From positions 288,001 through 352,000 of the forward strand of contig CAWJKT010000011.1 in the NCBI GenBank assembly GCA_963843375.1: DNA of 64,000 nt, written 5' to 3'. Below, piece after piece: positions 11,357 through 22,696 of the stretch; within the stretch, counting starts at the first letter, position 1; the number at the start of each line of letters is the position of its first letter. The position numbers and the translations under genes were made by a program. Source of the stretch: an uncultured Pseudomonadota bacterium (GTDB lineage: Bacteria > Oederibacteriota > Muellerivitia > Muellerivitales > Muellerivitaceae). The notes beneath the pieces were generated by a model. The model searched no databases. It was not told the origin of the DNA and saw only the letters and a list, made by a program, of their open reading frames with translations.

Positions 11357-13588
11357 ATGAAAAAATACTTTTTTTCGATTTTATCGGTTTTGAGCATTCT
11401 GGCACAGGTTTCCTGCACTCGACCTATTAACGTATTGCCAACTCATCCTTATTTAAGGCCAACCGAAACCCCCACGCCTTCTGAAACACCTACAGCTTCT
11501 TCCACTGAAAGTCCATCCATCACAACAACCCTAAGTACCACGACGACCTCTTCTTCGACCAACACCCCGACTTTTTCTTCCACGATGACACCGACATCAA
11601 CTGCCACCAACACTAAAACTTCCACATCATTGCCTTCCCCCACGGATAGTTTTACAGAAACCCTTTCCCCTACGCTTTCTGTTACGCCTTCTGCGACCAC
11701 TTCCTCCACACAAACTCCCACCCACACATCTTCGCTGACCTCCACGAATACACTGGTCGCCAGCCCTACGCCCACCCCAACGCTGGTGAATACGACGACA
11801 ATGACACCGACCTCTTCCACGACGGAAACCCCTCAAAGCACTGCGACTTCATCCTTTACAGAAACGCCAATAACATCGGTTTCTTCGACATCGACTCTCT
11901 CTGCCACATCTACTCCAACGATGATTCCTACGAATACTCCTCTTCCTTCTGAAACGTTCTCACCATCATCTACTGCAACGCTTTCACCCACCGGAACCTA
12001 CACAATGTCTTCCACTCCCACTTTTTCGCCAACTGGAACTTCCACTAACACTCCAAAAGACACTTCTACCTTTACCACCACAATTACGTCTACCTCTAGT
12101 CAAACACCTTCCTCAACCACTTCATTAACAGAAACCTCTACAAGGACTGCGACTTCCACAATCACTTCCACCAATACCACACAATACACGATGACCTTTA
12201 CCTCAACGATTACATCCACTTCCAGTCGAACGTCTACCTCAACTGTAACACTGACCGCGAGTAAAACTCCTACTTTCACCCCTTCCAATACTCCGCAAAA
12301 TACTCAAACCCCTTCTTTCACGAGTTCGGGAACCCCAACCCAATCGCCTACGGGGACATCGACAGGCACAGCCACTTGGACAACTTCGCGGACGCCGTCG
12401 GAGACGATGACGAATTCGGCTACGGCCACCCCCACCTCGTCGTCTACTCCCACAGCAAGCCAAACAACCACCAATAGCCCGACTTCGACGACTTCCAGTA
12501 CGCTAACCGCCACTCCTACGGCAACCGCCACCTGCACAGCCGTCCCCGTTCCGACTCCCACGCTAGGGGTTTCTCCGGATGGTCTTCTGAACGGCTGGGA
12601 CATCTCTCTGTGGCCCACCATGCTAAGTCAGGGTGTTGTTTATAAAAATCCGGCTGCTGAAAACTTGCTTTCCATTGCCACGGACCACGGCTATAGCATC
12701 ATGCGAGTCAGACTTTGGGTGAATCCTAACGGCACCCAGGTTTATGTCAACAACCTAGCTTACGACACGGCCCTGGGAGCGCAGATCAAAGCCGCCGGGT
12801 TGAAGTTCTACCTTGATCTTCACTACTCCGATACTTGGGCCGATCCGGGAGACCAAAATATGCCCGCCGCCTGGACGGGTATTACGACGCAGGCGGCGCT
12901 GGCTCAGCAGGTGCATGATTACACCGAAAACGTCATCACGACCCTCGCTGCGGGTGGTGCCATGCCCGATTATGTGGCGGTGGGCAATGAGATCACCAAT
13001 GGCCTTTTGTTTCCCGCCACCACAGGCGGGCCGGGTGGGGAAATATCCGTTAATGGCTGGGCCAATTATGCCACCCTGATGAAAGCGGGTATCCAGGGAG
13101 TGGATGATGGAGCGGCTTCGGCTTCCGAACCGACTCCCAAGATCATCATCCATATTGACCGGGGCGGTGATTGGGCCACAACCCAGTGGTACTTTACCAA
13201 TGTTAATTCACAGGGCATCAGCTTCGATATCATCGGTGAGAGCTATTATCCCCAATACCACGGGCCCCTTTCCAACGCCCAAACCTGTCTCCCCAACGCG
13301 GCCAATATGTTTGGAAAGCCGGTTTACGTCGCGGAGACGGGATATCCCAATTCGGCGGGGGTCACGGGGACGGGCATCACCTATCCTGAAACCCCGGCGG
13401 GTCAGGCCCAGTTCCTGTCGGACTTGGTAACGACGGTTCAGGGAATTCCAAACGGCCTGGGCATGGGGATCAATTATTGGGAGCCGGAATGGCTTGAGTC
13501 GGTTGGCGGTTATCCGGCTTGGGGAGAACCTCTTTTCGACAGCGGGGGAGTTACCCTTGCCGGTGTGGCAGCCTTGGGCGGGAAATAA
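11357..13588 (+). CDS. Lipoprotein endo-1,4-beta-galactanase (GH53) on an N-terminal Thr/Ser stalk
   Basis: Lipobox-like QVSC; RVRLWVNP, LDLHYSDTWADPG.Q, VGNEI, SYYP..HG, AETGYP, YWEP motifs. Confidence 0.92.
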   Translation: MKKYFFSILSVLSILAQVSCTRPINVLPTHPYLRPTETPTPSETPTASSTESPSITTTLSTTTTSSSTNTPTFSSTMTPTSTATNTKTSTSLPSPTDSFTETLSPTLSVTPSATTSSTQTPTHTSSLTSTNTLVASPTPTPTLVNTTTMTPTSSTTETPQSTATSSFTETPITSVSSTSTLSATSTPTMIPTNTPLPSETFSPSSTATLSPTGTYTMSSTPTFSPTGTSTNTPKDTSTFTTTITSTSSQTPSSTTSLTETSTRTATSTITSTNTTQYTMTFTSTITSTSSRTSTSTVTLTASKTPTFTPSNTPQNTQTPSFTSSGTPTQSPTGTSTGTATWTTSRTPSETMTNSATATPTSSSTPTASQTTTNSPTSTTSSTLTATPTATATCTAVPVPTPTLGVSPDGLLNGWDISLWPTMLSQGVVYKNPAAENLLSIATDHGYSIMRVRLWVNPNGTQVYVNNLAYDTALGAQIKAAGLKFYLDLHYSDTWADPGDQNMPAAWTGITTQAALAQQVHDYTENVITTLAAGGAMPDYVAVGNEITNGLLFPATTGGPGGEISVNGWANYATLMKAGIQGVDDGAASASEPTPKIIIHIDRGGDWATTQWYFTNVNSQGISFDIIGESYYPQYHGPLSNAQTCLPNAANMFGKPVYVAETGYPNSAGVTGTGITYPETPAGQAQFLSDLVTTVQGIPNGLGMGINYWEPEWLESVGGYPAWGEPLFDSGGVTLAGVAALGGK

Positions 13589-13841
13589 CCGTCGCTGATA
13601 TTCCAAAAATCCCACTCCGTTTATTTTCATGTCTTTCTCTTCCTCATCGCAATCCGGAACCTCGATTTGGTTTCACCTAACAACAGACTGTAAACTCAAC
13701 GAAACAACCCTGAAATAGTTTCGTTCTTTCTGCATTGAAATCATCTGAATTGTGGAATAAAACTCACCTCATCTTGCTCTAAGTTATGGGTGCTCCCGCA
13801 TAGTTCCGTTTTGAAGAACGGAATCCATTCGAGGCGAAAAA

Positions 13842-16649
13842 TTGAAAAAAAATCAAAACGTTTTCGGATCGATCCGGATTTACCGAGCACTTGGTTTCTC
13901 ATTATTTTTTTACGCCGCCGCCGCTTCGAGCCAAACGATCACGATCACTTCCGCACCCTATAACGCCACAACAGGAATCGCCGATAACGCTGCTGCCATC
14001 CAGGCCGCCATCAATGCGCTGGGAACCGGTGGGACGGTTGTTGTGCCAAGCGGAACTTTCCTGAGCGGACCGCTTACCCTCAAAAGCAATATGACCTTTC
14101 AGCTTTCCGCCGGCGCGACCCTGCAGATGACAGCCATGGGCACATTTCCAACGAACACTGATTTTCTTTATGCTTCCAAGCTCACGAATATCACCATTAA
14201 CGGTAGCGGGGTTATGGACGGGCAAGGCGCCGCTTGGTGGACTGCTTTTAACGCAAGCAGTTCAGTTGAAAGGCCACCCGCTATGATCGAAGTTACCGAC
14301 TGTACGGGAGTAACTGTGACGGGGATTACTGTTCAAAATTCTCCGGAATTCCACATCCAATTTCTGGGTACGTCCTCTAATGTGCTGGCTTCGGCCTTGA
14401 GTATCACAGCGGCTTGGCCCTCGCCCAACACGGATGGAATCGATTTGCGAGGCACCAATATTAATATTGAAAACTGTTTTATCAGTGATGGTGACGATCT
14501 TGTCCAAATCGGAGGTTCGCAGTTGTCCTCCGGAGTGACGGTTCAAGGCTGTACTTTCGGAACTGGCCATGGGCTTTCCATCGGCAGTATTACTTCGGGC
14601 GGGGTAAGTAATGTAATGGTTACTAACTGCACCTTCAACGGAACCCAATACGGTATCCGTCTGAAATCGGACCGAACCAACGGCGGAGTGGTATCTAACA
14701 TCACCTATTCCAACATCACGATGAGCAATATCATGGTGAATCCCATCTTGTTCTACAGTTATTATCCCACCATTCCTTCTAGCCCGGCTACGGATACAGG
14801 TTCAACCGTTACCAGCACGACTCCTTTTTGGAACGATGTCAATTTTGAAAACATTACGGCCAGTGAAGCCACTACCTCCACCGCTAATACGGGAATCATC
14901 TGGGGTGTGCCGGAAGCCCCTGTTTCTAATGTGTTGTTTGACGCCTGTACGCTGACCGGCTCGAAAATTTTCGAAGTTTACAATACACAAGGAGTGACAT
15001 TTGATTGTAACTGCCTGATTAACGGGTTGGCTCCTTCAAACACCGCGGCGGTCACTACCTATAACGAAACTTTGGCGGGACCGGATGATGTCCAGTTTCC
15101 TGCCTGCAGTTCGAACCCGACGCCGACTTTTACCAGAACGTCCACCCCCGTTCCGGCGACAAACACTCCCACCCACACCTTTACGTCTACTCCCACGGAT
15201 ACCCCTACCGAAACTCGTACCAATACTTTGATGCCACCTACGGCCACTAGAACCAACACCCCCATCAATTCGACCAGTTTCACCCCTAGTGCCAGCGCCA
15301 CTTCAACGCCTACTCCTACGTTTACGGGTACCGCCACTCGCACGAGTACAACCACGCCGACGGCTTCGGCCACATTCTCTTCAACGGATTCCACAACACC
15401 TACTAAAACTGCCACCTATACCCCTTCCAGCACGGCTACCTTCTCAGCAACACCGACGGGAACCTCTTCCCCGACCTCTACGGCCTCTTCAACAGTTACA
15501 TCCACGGAGACTCCTACCCGTACCATTACACCCATGAATACCCCGACGTCTTCTTTAACCCCTTCCACCACAATGACCCCTTCAAACACCGAAACTCTGT
15601 CGTCCACTGTTACCCCTTCCATAACGGCGACGCCGACTTTAACTTTTACGTCTACCGCCTCCAAAACACCATCCCCGACGATCACTTCAACGGTTACCGC
15701 AGTTTCTACCGCCACCTTCATTTTCACGGCCTCTTCCACGGCCAGCAGTTCTGCCACGGACAGCCCATCGCTCACGGCGACCCGCACGGATACGCCGACA
15801 AGTACATCCACATCCATCTTCACACCAACTTTTACGGCTACTCCGACGGTTACGAATTCGATAACCGCTACTGTTACTTCCAACTTTTCCTCCACGGAAA
15901 CGCTGACATCAACCGTAACTTCGACTCCTTTCGTGACAATGTCAGTGACCTCTAGCCCAACTTATACTTCCACCGGTACGGCCACTTCCAGCCCGACTCC
16001 TTCTGGAACACCAACTATGACTCCCACGGTAACCCTAGTGCCGCCGAATACGTCCACCGAAACGGAAACCCCAACACTTACCGTGAACCCAACTTCAACG
16101 GCAACCTCCAGTCATACCACCACAGCCAGTCCGACAGCTTCGATGACATCCTCCCCTACGAATACGGGAACTGCGTCAGCCTCCTCAACTCATACAGCCA
16201 CCCTGACATCGACTTTCACAAACACCCCCACGCCTTCCTTCACGCAAACATCCACTTCGACGGCTTCGACGACACCGACCTTTACTTTTAGCGCGACCGT
16301 TACTATCACAGTCGTGGAAACAAGTACGCCAGCCACCACGATCACCTCCACGCATTCACCTACACCGCCGGCCACGGTGATTGTCTATCCCAATCCGGCG
16401 ACAGGGGCCTGCGAGGTGACTCTCCAGGTTTTCCTGGGTTCGCCCGCTTCGAAGGTTACCATTGAAGTTTTTACCGTGGCTTTCCGAAAAGTGAATGAAA
16501 TGGTTTTGTTCAATGTCCAAGCGGGAATCAGTGATATCGCCCTGCCCCTGATGGACAAACAGGGAACACCTCTCGCCAATGGACTTTACTATGTCCTTAT
16601 TCAAACGCCCCAGGTGCGGGAAATAGTTAAACTACTAGTTACTCATTAA
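13842..16649 (+). CDS. Polygalacturonase (GH28) with Thr stalk and CTD
   Basis: NTDGID, GDD, GHGLSIGS and GIRLKS catalytic motifs; CTD YPNP...LANGLYY; lacks the shared beta domain. Confidence 0.93.
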   Translation: MKKNQNVFGSIRIYRALGFSLFFYAAAASSQTITITSAPYNATTGIADNAAAIQAAINALGTGGTVVVPSGTFLSGPLTLKSNMTFQLSAGATLQMTAMGTFPTNTDFLYASKLTNITINGSGVMDGQGAAWWTAFNASSSVERPPAMIEVTDCTGVTVTGITVQNSPEFHIQFLGTSSNVLASALSITAAWPSPNTDGIDLRGTNINIENCFISDGDDLVQIGGSQLSSGVTVQGCTFGTGHGLSIGSITSGGVSNVMVTNCTFNGTQYGIRLKSDRTNGGVVSNITYSNITMSNIMVNPILFYSYYPTIPSSPATDTGSTVTSTTPFWNDVNFENITASEATTSTANTGIIWGVPEAPVSNVLFDACTLTGSKIFEVYNTQGVTFDCNCLINGLAPSNTAAVTTYNETLAGPDDVQFPACSSNPTPTFTRTSTPVPATNTPTHTFTSTPTDTPTETRTNTLMPPTATRTNTPINSTSFTPSASATSTPTPTFTGTATRTSTTTPTASATFSSTDSTTPTKTATYTPSSTATFSATPTGTSSPTSTASSTVTSTETPTRTITPMNTPTSSLTPSTTMTPSNTETLSSTVTPSITATPTLTFTSTASKTPSPTITSTVTAVSTATFIFTASSTASSSATDSPSLTATRTDTPTSTSTSIFTPTFTATPTVTNSITATVTSNFSSTETLTSTVTSTPFVTMSVTSSPTYTSTGTATSSPTPSGTPTMTPTVTLVPPNTSTETETPTLTVNPTSTATSSHTTTASPTASMTSSPTNTGTASASSTHTATLTSTFTNTPTPSFTQTSTSTASTTPTFTFSATVTITVVETSTPATTITSTHSPTPPATVIVYPNPATGACEVTLQVFLGSPASKVTIEVFTVAFRKVNEMVLFNVQAGISDIALPLMDKQGTPLANGLYYVLIQTPQVREIVKLLVTH

Positions 16650-16896
16650 TGCCAAACTGAAATTTGGATTAAAGCTTGAGCTTTTATCTTCGAAGGCGTG
16701 CTGGGTTGGAAGCAAATAAAGAAGATGCGTTGCCAAACCTTTTGCAAAAAGATTTCCATCGATAGAAAGCTTTGGAAAATTTGAAAAGTTGACCGTGAAA
16801 CAGAAATTGCCATCGCTATCTTTTGAAAGGATTATCCGGTAAACTTGAACCGTTATCAGCGCTTTATTCATATTTAAATGGCTTTTAACAGGCTCA

Positions 16897-16914
16897 AATG
16901 AAACCGGTTACATT
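16897..16914. promoter_or_regulatory. LacI-type operator-like site AATGAAACCGGTTACATT
   Basis: Near-perfect palindrome ~100 bp upstream of the GH51-like gene. Confidence 0.65.
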
Positions 16915-17009
16915 GAATTTGGGTTTTATTGCTTTTCGACTCATAACGTTTTAGATAAGCGAATTATTTGAAAATAATTCGTTTTAAGTGTCCTTGGTCT
17001 TGAAGAGGA

Positions 17010-20000
17010 TTGGAAAAAATGCGGATCTTAAAAGTAATATTTTCAGCCCTCATTATTTTGTTTATTTTGGCAAACCTTTCTTACTTATATGCTCAGGCGA
17101 CCATTGCCGTGAACGCTGGTACAACCATTGTCACCATTCCAAACACCATTTATGGCAACAACGCACAGTATTACAACGCAGCCAACAATGGGACGAATGC
17201 CACTTACAATACCGCCATGCAAGTTTCCGGTTGCCATAACATCCGTTGGCCGGGTGGGTCCGAGGCCGATATCGTGAATTGGAATAATCTTGTTTGCGAG
17301 GATACCGGCGCCGCCACGACTCCCCAGTTCATAACTTTCCTTCAAACTATCGGTGGAACCATGCAGCCCATCGTGAATTTCAGCGGTTATTGGTGCAGCG
17401 GCGGGGCAGGGTCTGGCACCAGCACTCAATACACCTCAGCTGAAGCTGTCAGCTTAGCTGAAGCGTGGGTCACCTGGAACATGAGCAATACCGGTTCGGC
17501 CAAAGCGACCTATTGGGAAGTCGGCAACGAGACTTACGGTACTTGGGAACAGGGAGGGGGTATCAGTGGCACGGACTACGGAGTGACTTTTGCCACTTAT
17601 TACACCGGTATGAAAGCGATCGATCCCACCATCCAGATCGGGGCGGTAGCGTCGCCCGGTGCAACGGATTATAACGACTGGACATCGGAAATGCTCACCG
17701 CCGCCAAGGCCGGGGGTGTCGTTCCCGACTTCCTGATCATCCACAATTATCCTGTTACCGCCGGTGCTCCGGCGGGCCAAGCCACGGATTCTTACATCCT
17801 CAGTTATCCCGCCACTGTCGCAACCCAAACCGCCAGCTTGAACTCTATAGTTTCCTCTGCTTTAGGTAGTTCCTACGTTGGCCAAGTGAAATACTTCATG
17901 ACCGAATACAACTCCACTCTTGGACCCGACGCCCAAACCGATGAATATGTGAATGCCATGTTCGTGTCCGAATGGATACTGAATTGTGCCGAAAATGGCT
18001 GGATTGGGGCGAATCTTTGGGCCTCTTTAAACGGAGGTTCTCCTGATTATGGTTTTCTCAACGCTACCACCTATGCTCCTTACCCGGATTATTACGTTTT
18101 CCCGATGCTGACCGAAAAATTTGGAAACAGTATGGTTACCTGCTCGAGTAGTGTTACCACTGTAAATGCCCACGCAGCAATAAACACGGCGGGAGATCTC
18201 ACTCTTTATTTGGTCAATAATAGCCCGACGGCAACAATGGCCACTACGATTACCGTGGCAGGGTTTACACCCTCTTCATCGGGCCAAGCCTGGGTTATGC
18301 TGCCTTCGGGTACCAGTTCCTCGGGGGCGCCGCAAGAAGTTCCTAGTATCTCAATCAACGGCACGGTGAATCCCGCCCCCTCCAATATCGCATCCATTGC
18401 CGGAGTTGCACAAACTACCGGGTCTACTTTTACGGTAAGTCTTCAACCCAGTGAAATGGACATGATCGTTATTCCGGGTACCAGTTCAACGGGATCGACC
18501 AGTACACCCACCGAAACCCCGACCGTCACCCCCACCAACACGCCGACGAAAACAGCGACGGCTACAGCGACGAACAGTCCGACAGCCACTCGCACGAACA
18601 CCGCCACGAATACGGCCACCTCCAGCGCCACGAAGACGGCTACACCCACAATGACTAACACTGTGACCAATACAACCACCGTTACGGCCAGTTCGACTCC
18701 GACTTCCAGCCCTACCGCCACTCGCACGAACACCGCCACGAATACGGCCACCTCCAGCGCCACGAAGACGGCTACACCCACAATGACTAACACTGTGACC
18801 AATACAACCACCGTTACGGCCAGTTCGACTCCGACTTCCAGCCCTACCGCCACACGAACGAATACCGTGACGAACACGACTACTTCCAGTCCAACAAGGA
18901 CCCCCACGACGACCGCGACCAATACGGTGGTCAACACTTTGACGTCAACGCCGTCCAGTACAGCTACAGGCACGGCGACTACCACAAGGACAAATACCGT
19001 GACGAATACGACTACTTTCAGCCCAACGGACACCACTACGGCTACCGCGACCAACACGACGGCGAATACGGCGACTCAAACTCCCACGGCGACGCCTACG
19101 AATACCCTGGCTAATACCGCAACCGATACTCCGACTACGACTGCTTCAAACACCGTCACTAAAACGACGACCTCCACCCCTACGAACACCTTGGCGAATA
19201 CGGCGACTCAAACCGCTACGGCGACGCCCACCAATACTTTGGCTAATACCACAACCGACACTCCAACTACGACCGCTTCAAATACCGTGACTAAAACAAC
19301 GACGTCCACCCCCACGAACACCTTGGCGAATACGGCGACTCAAACCGTCACATCAACGCCCAGCAATACCGTGGTTAATACCCCTTCGAACACCACCACC
19401 CAAACGACGACCTTTACCCCCACGAACACCTTGGCGGATACAGCGACTCAAACTCCCACGGCGACGCCTACGAATACCTTAGCTGATAGCGCAACCAATA
19501 CACCAACCGCAACCGCTTCGAATACCGTCACTAAAACGACGACCTCCACCCCCACGAACACTTTGGCGAATACGGCGACTCAAACCGTCACATCAACGCC
19601 CAGCAATACCGTGGTTAATACCTCAACCTCCACTCCAACCGCTACCGCTTCGAACACCGCCACCAAAACAACGACTTCAACCACTACGTTAACTCCCACT
19701 GAAACATTGACGAATACCCTGACTCATACGACAACCTCCACGGCTACCACTACCGTTACTTTCACGATCACGCCGACCGCCACTCCAACGGCGGTGACAG
19801 TACAGGCTTCACAAGGATCGAACCCTCCCTCGAATTCCACTCAAGTGGCGGGAGCTTCCGGCGTGACCATACAGCAGATTCAGTTAACCAATCCGGGCAA
19901 TAATCCAGTTACCTTGAGCAGTTTGACTCTTACGGAAGCAGGGACTTCGCCCACGGGAATCACTTCCGTATCGCTTGTGGACGATGGGACGATTATTTCC

Positions 20001-20570
20001 ACCACCAGTTTCATCGGATCAACCGCCACCATTAATTTCAGCAATATCATTCCTCCCAGTAACGGGGCGGTCACTTACCAGGTAGTGGTGAATTTCTCGA
20101 ATAGCGCGGCGACAGGGAACTACACATTCAGCGTGACAGGCGGGGCAGGGACCAATGGCCAGGCAGTCCTTTTTGCCAATATGCCCGTACCCGGATCGGT
20201 CGTTACTATCGTGATGGCGACACCTTCGAATACTCCCGCGGCAGCCACATCCACCATCACTTCAACCGCCACCCCTACGGCTACCTCCACGGGTCACCTG
20301 GGCGTCGTGGTTTATCCCAACCCGGTAACGGGGTCGACGGTAAGTGTGCTTCCGCCGGCATATTCAGGAGTTTCGGATGTTCAGGTGGAGATTTTCACCA
20401 TAGCCTTCCGGGAAGTTCAGGAGGAGTTCTTCCGGAACGTGCCGTCGGGTAAGGCGGTAACGCTGGAGTTAACCGATAAATCGGGAACTCCTTTGGCGGA
20501 TGGGATCTATTACATCGTCGTCATCGTCGATGGACACCGCTCCATCGGAAAAATGCTCATCATCCGTTGA
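17010..20570 (+). CDS. Clan GH-A glycoside hydrolase (GH51/GH44-like, arabinofuranosidase-like) with Thr stalk, shared beta domain and CTD
   Basis: IRWPGGS, YWEVGNE.YG.WE, MKAIDPTIQIG, H.YP, MTEYN motifs; likely start is ATG 17019. Confidence 0.8.
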   Translation: MEKMRILKVIFSALIILFILANLSYLYAQATIAVNAGTTIVTIPNTIYGNNAQYYNAANNGTNATYNTAMQVSGCHNIRWPGGSEADIVNWNNLVCEDTGAATTPQFITFLQTIGGTMQPIVNFSGYWCSGGAGSGTSTQYTSAEAVSLAEAWVTWNMSNTGSAKATYWEVGNETYGTWEQGGGISGTDYGVTFATYYTGMKAIDPTIQIGAVASPGATDYNDWTSEMLTAAKAGGVVPDFLIIHNYPVTAGAPAGQATDSYILSYPATVATQTASLNSIVSSALGSSYVGQVKYFMTEYNSTLGPDAQTDEYVNAMFVSEWILNCAENGWIGANLWASLNGGSPDYGFLNATTYAPYPDYYVFPMLTEKFGNSMVTCSSSVTTVNAHAAINTAGDLTLYLVNNSPTATMATTITVAGFTPSSSGQAWVMLPSGTSSSGAPQEVPSISINGTVNPAPSNIASIAGVAQTTGSTFTVSLQPSEMDMIVIPGTSSTGSTSTPTETPTVTPTNTPTKTATATATNSPTATRTNTATNTATSSATKTATPTMTNTVTNTTTVTASSTPTSSPTATRTNTATNTATSSATKTATPTMTNTVTNTTTVTASSTPTSSPTATRTNTVTNTTTSSPTRTPTTTATNTVVNTLTSTPSSTATGTATTTRTNTVTNTTTFSPTDTTTATATNTTANTATQTPTATPTNTLANTATDTPTTTASNTVTKTTTSTPTNTLANTATQTATATPTNTLANTTTDTPTTTASNTVTKTTTSTPTNTLANTATQTVTSTPSNTVVNTPSNTTTQTTTFTPTNTLADTATQTPTATPTNTLADSATNTPTATASNTVTKTTTSTPTNTLANTATQTVTSTPSNTVVNTSTSTPTATASNTATKTTTSTTTLTPTETLTNTLTHTTTSTATTTVTFTITPTATPTAVTVQASQGSNPPSNSTQVAGASGVTIQQIQLTNPGNNPVTLSSLTLTEAGTSPTGITSVSLVDDGTIISTTSFIGSTATINFSNIIPPSNGAVTYQVVVNFSNSAATGNYTFSVTGGAGTNGQAVLFANMPVPGSVVTIVMATPSNTPAAATSTITSTATPTATSTGHLGVVVYPNPVTGSTVSVLPPAYSGVSDVQVEIFTIAFREVQEEFFRNVPSGKAVTLELTDKSGTPLADGIYYIVVIVDGHRSIGKMLIIR

Positions 20571-20572
20571 GG
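18936..20572 (+). repeat. Direct repeat copy 1 (~1.64 kb), matching 24539-26175
   Basis: Constant offset of 5603; translations identical; no nucleotide difference seen by eye. Confidence 0.93.
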
Positions 20573-20653
20573 TTTTTATACTGCATTATTTGATTTAGAT
20601 GGCTAGGACGTTTTTAAGTTCATGGTTCGACCGAAGCGTGTTAATTTGATTTT

Positions 20654-22460
20654 ATGCCGCTTCGAACTTCGGAAATTAAAGCCCACTTTGAAGGCCTTTT
20701 AGAATACGAGGCCTTTCTTTCCATCTTAAAATATTATGTTGACCTGAACTGTTTCGTCGTGCCCCCTACGGATTCGAAGGATATATGGGCGGCGGTATAC
20801 CATCATCAACGATTAGAATCTCTTTTCGATTTCGAAAAAAAATATAACTTTGTCCGTAACTGGGACCTTTTGACGGATAACGTTTTTGAAAACAAAAACA
20901 AGGGTAAACCCCTTCTTGTAGAGAATCTGGGATTTTATGATATTTTCACGCCGATTCGTAAAAAGGGAAAGCGGCTGGGAACCCTATTGTCTGGGGCATT
21001 CGCCGATAAAGAATTGACCTATCCTCACTTGCGGGAAAGTTGGAACCGGTTGACCGGTCAAACCGCTTCTCCCGAAAATACGGAGTTTCGTGAATTCGTC
21101 AGGGTGATGCTGGAAATTCCAGTTCTCGAGGGAGGGGTTCTATTAGCCTATCAGGAAGCCCTTGAAATCTTCGCCAACATTTTAACCCACGAAGAAAACA
21201 GGCAAGCCCAAAAGCGGATTCGGGAATTAATCGTAAATGTTTTTTCCAAGAACATTCCCCACAGTTTTTGGATGAGCTGGGTATTGGGGCTTCCCACGCG
21301 CCAGACCACACCGACTTGGAACATAAAGGTTCAGAACCTTGACTGGGTACGGTCTGAAATCGGTATTACTCGAGTTCCAACCACCGTCATTACGGCCATT
21401 CCAGTGAAACCCACGGAACGCAAAACCGATTCTATTGAAGAGATGATCCGTATTTACCGGTTCCAACGCCGAAGTTTTTCTTTCGCCCGAAACCTTCCCC
21501 AAACGGTTGGGGGAAAGCTTGAAAACTACGGGGCGGTTTTCGTCGATTTCCCCGGACCCCGAAAAGAGCCGGCCTCAGCGCCGTCAACAAGTCCTGGAAG
21601 CGGCGGAACGCATTCATCAATTCTCCGAAGATATATTGGGCGGTCCAGCCTTGGTTGGAATCGGAGAAACGGTCGCGCCCGGGGAACTCTTAAAGGAATC
21701 TCACCGCCAGGCGGTACTGGCCCTCCACCTCGGGCGTCTATCCGGAAAGAAACTGGTTTTTTTTAGCCTTTCCCGGGATGAAAAAACAGAAGGTCTGTTG
21801 AAATTGAGGAAGCTCTTACTGGGGTTGAGGCGGCAAATTGAGACGGCTTCATTTTCGGGAGTGGAATCAGTCCTTGATGAGTATCTCCACGAAGTACTAA
21901 CCCTTTCCTTTCAAAATCCCGAGGAAATACGCTGGCATTTGCAATATGGGATTATTCATTTGGTGGAAGCCATGAAAAATCTAACCGACCTAGGCGAAAA
22001 AGAAACGCGTGTTTTTTATGAAAGTCTTGCGCTTTCGCTGGATGGAACTGGAACCACTCAAGAAATGGTTTTGGCTTTCAAGGAAGCGATGGAAAAATTT
22101 TTGAAGTTGACGCATGGCAAAGGCTCGCTGGCGGAAAACTATTCTATCGAGAAGATAAAGGATTATGTCGACAGGCATTTTGAGGAGCACTTGCGGATAT
22201 CAAGGCTTGCTGGGATGGCGAAGATTTCTATTTCTACCCTCAGCCGCCGTTTTAAAAAAAGTACGGGAATGGGATTGGAAATCTATCTCCAAAATCTGCG
22301 ACTGGAGAAAGCGCGCCGGTTGTTAAAAACCGGAGGTCTTCCCGTGTCCCAAATCGCGAAAGCTTGCGGGTTTGGGTCGAGTTCCTATTTCATCCGTTTG
22401 TTCCGTAGAAAAACAGGAATTTCACCCCAAAAATTCCGTCAAAACCCTAAAAAGGTTTGA
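20654..22460 (+). CDS. AraC-family transcriptional regulator with large N-terminal sensor region; frameshift near 21545
   Basis: Overlapping ORFs 20654-21766 and 21507-22460; C-terminal LSRRFKK..G...YL...RLEKARRLL...IAKACGFGSSSYF..LF...TG.SP..FR. Confidence 0.88.
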
Positions 22461-22477
22461 ACGAAAAACTTTTTCGC

Positions 22478-22493
22478 TTAAACCGGTTACATT
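22478..22493. promoter_or_regulatory. LacI-type operator-like site TTAAACCGGTTACATT
   Basis: Same AAACCGGTT(A/T)CA core upstream of the GH30 gene. Confidence 0.55.
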
Positions 22494-22696
22494 GGGTATG
22501 TGAAATAAAAGTCAATTTTTTTGACCTTATGGTACTATTGATTTCGGTCTCTTTCCTTGTGAAGACCTACTTTTAGCGGTATGTTTTTGTCACAAAGATA
22601 AACGACCCTTCGGCTTTCGAAAAAAGCGCTTTTTATACGCGGAGTAAAGTTTTTCCTTAACCTGATTTAAATCGTTATAGGTGAGTTTTTGGAGGG

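Noticed and set aside
18500..19800. Repetitive DNA as a possible CRISPR array
   Set aside because: In-frame coding repeats with no constant repeat/unique spacer structure and no cas genes
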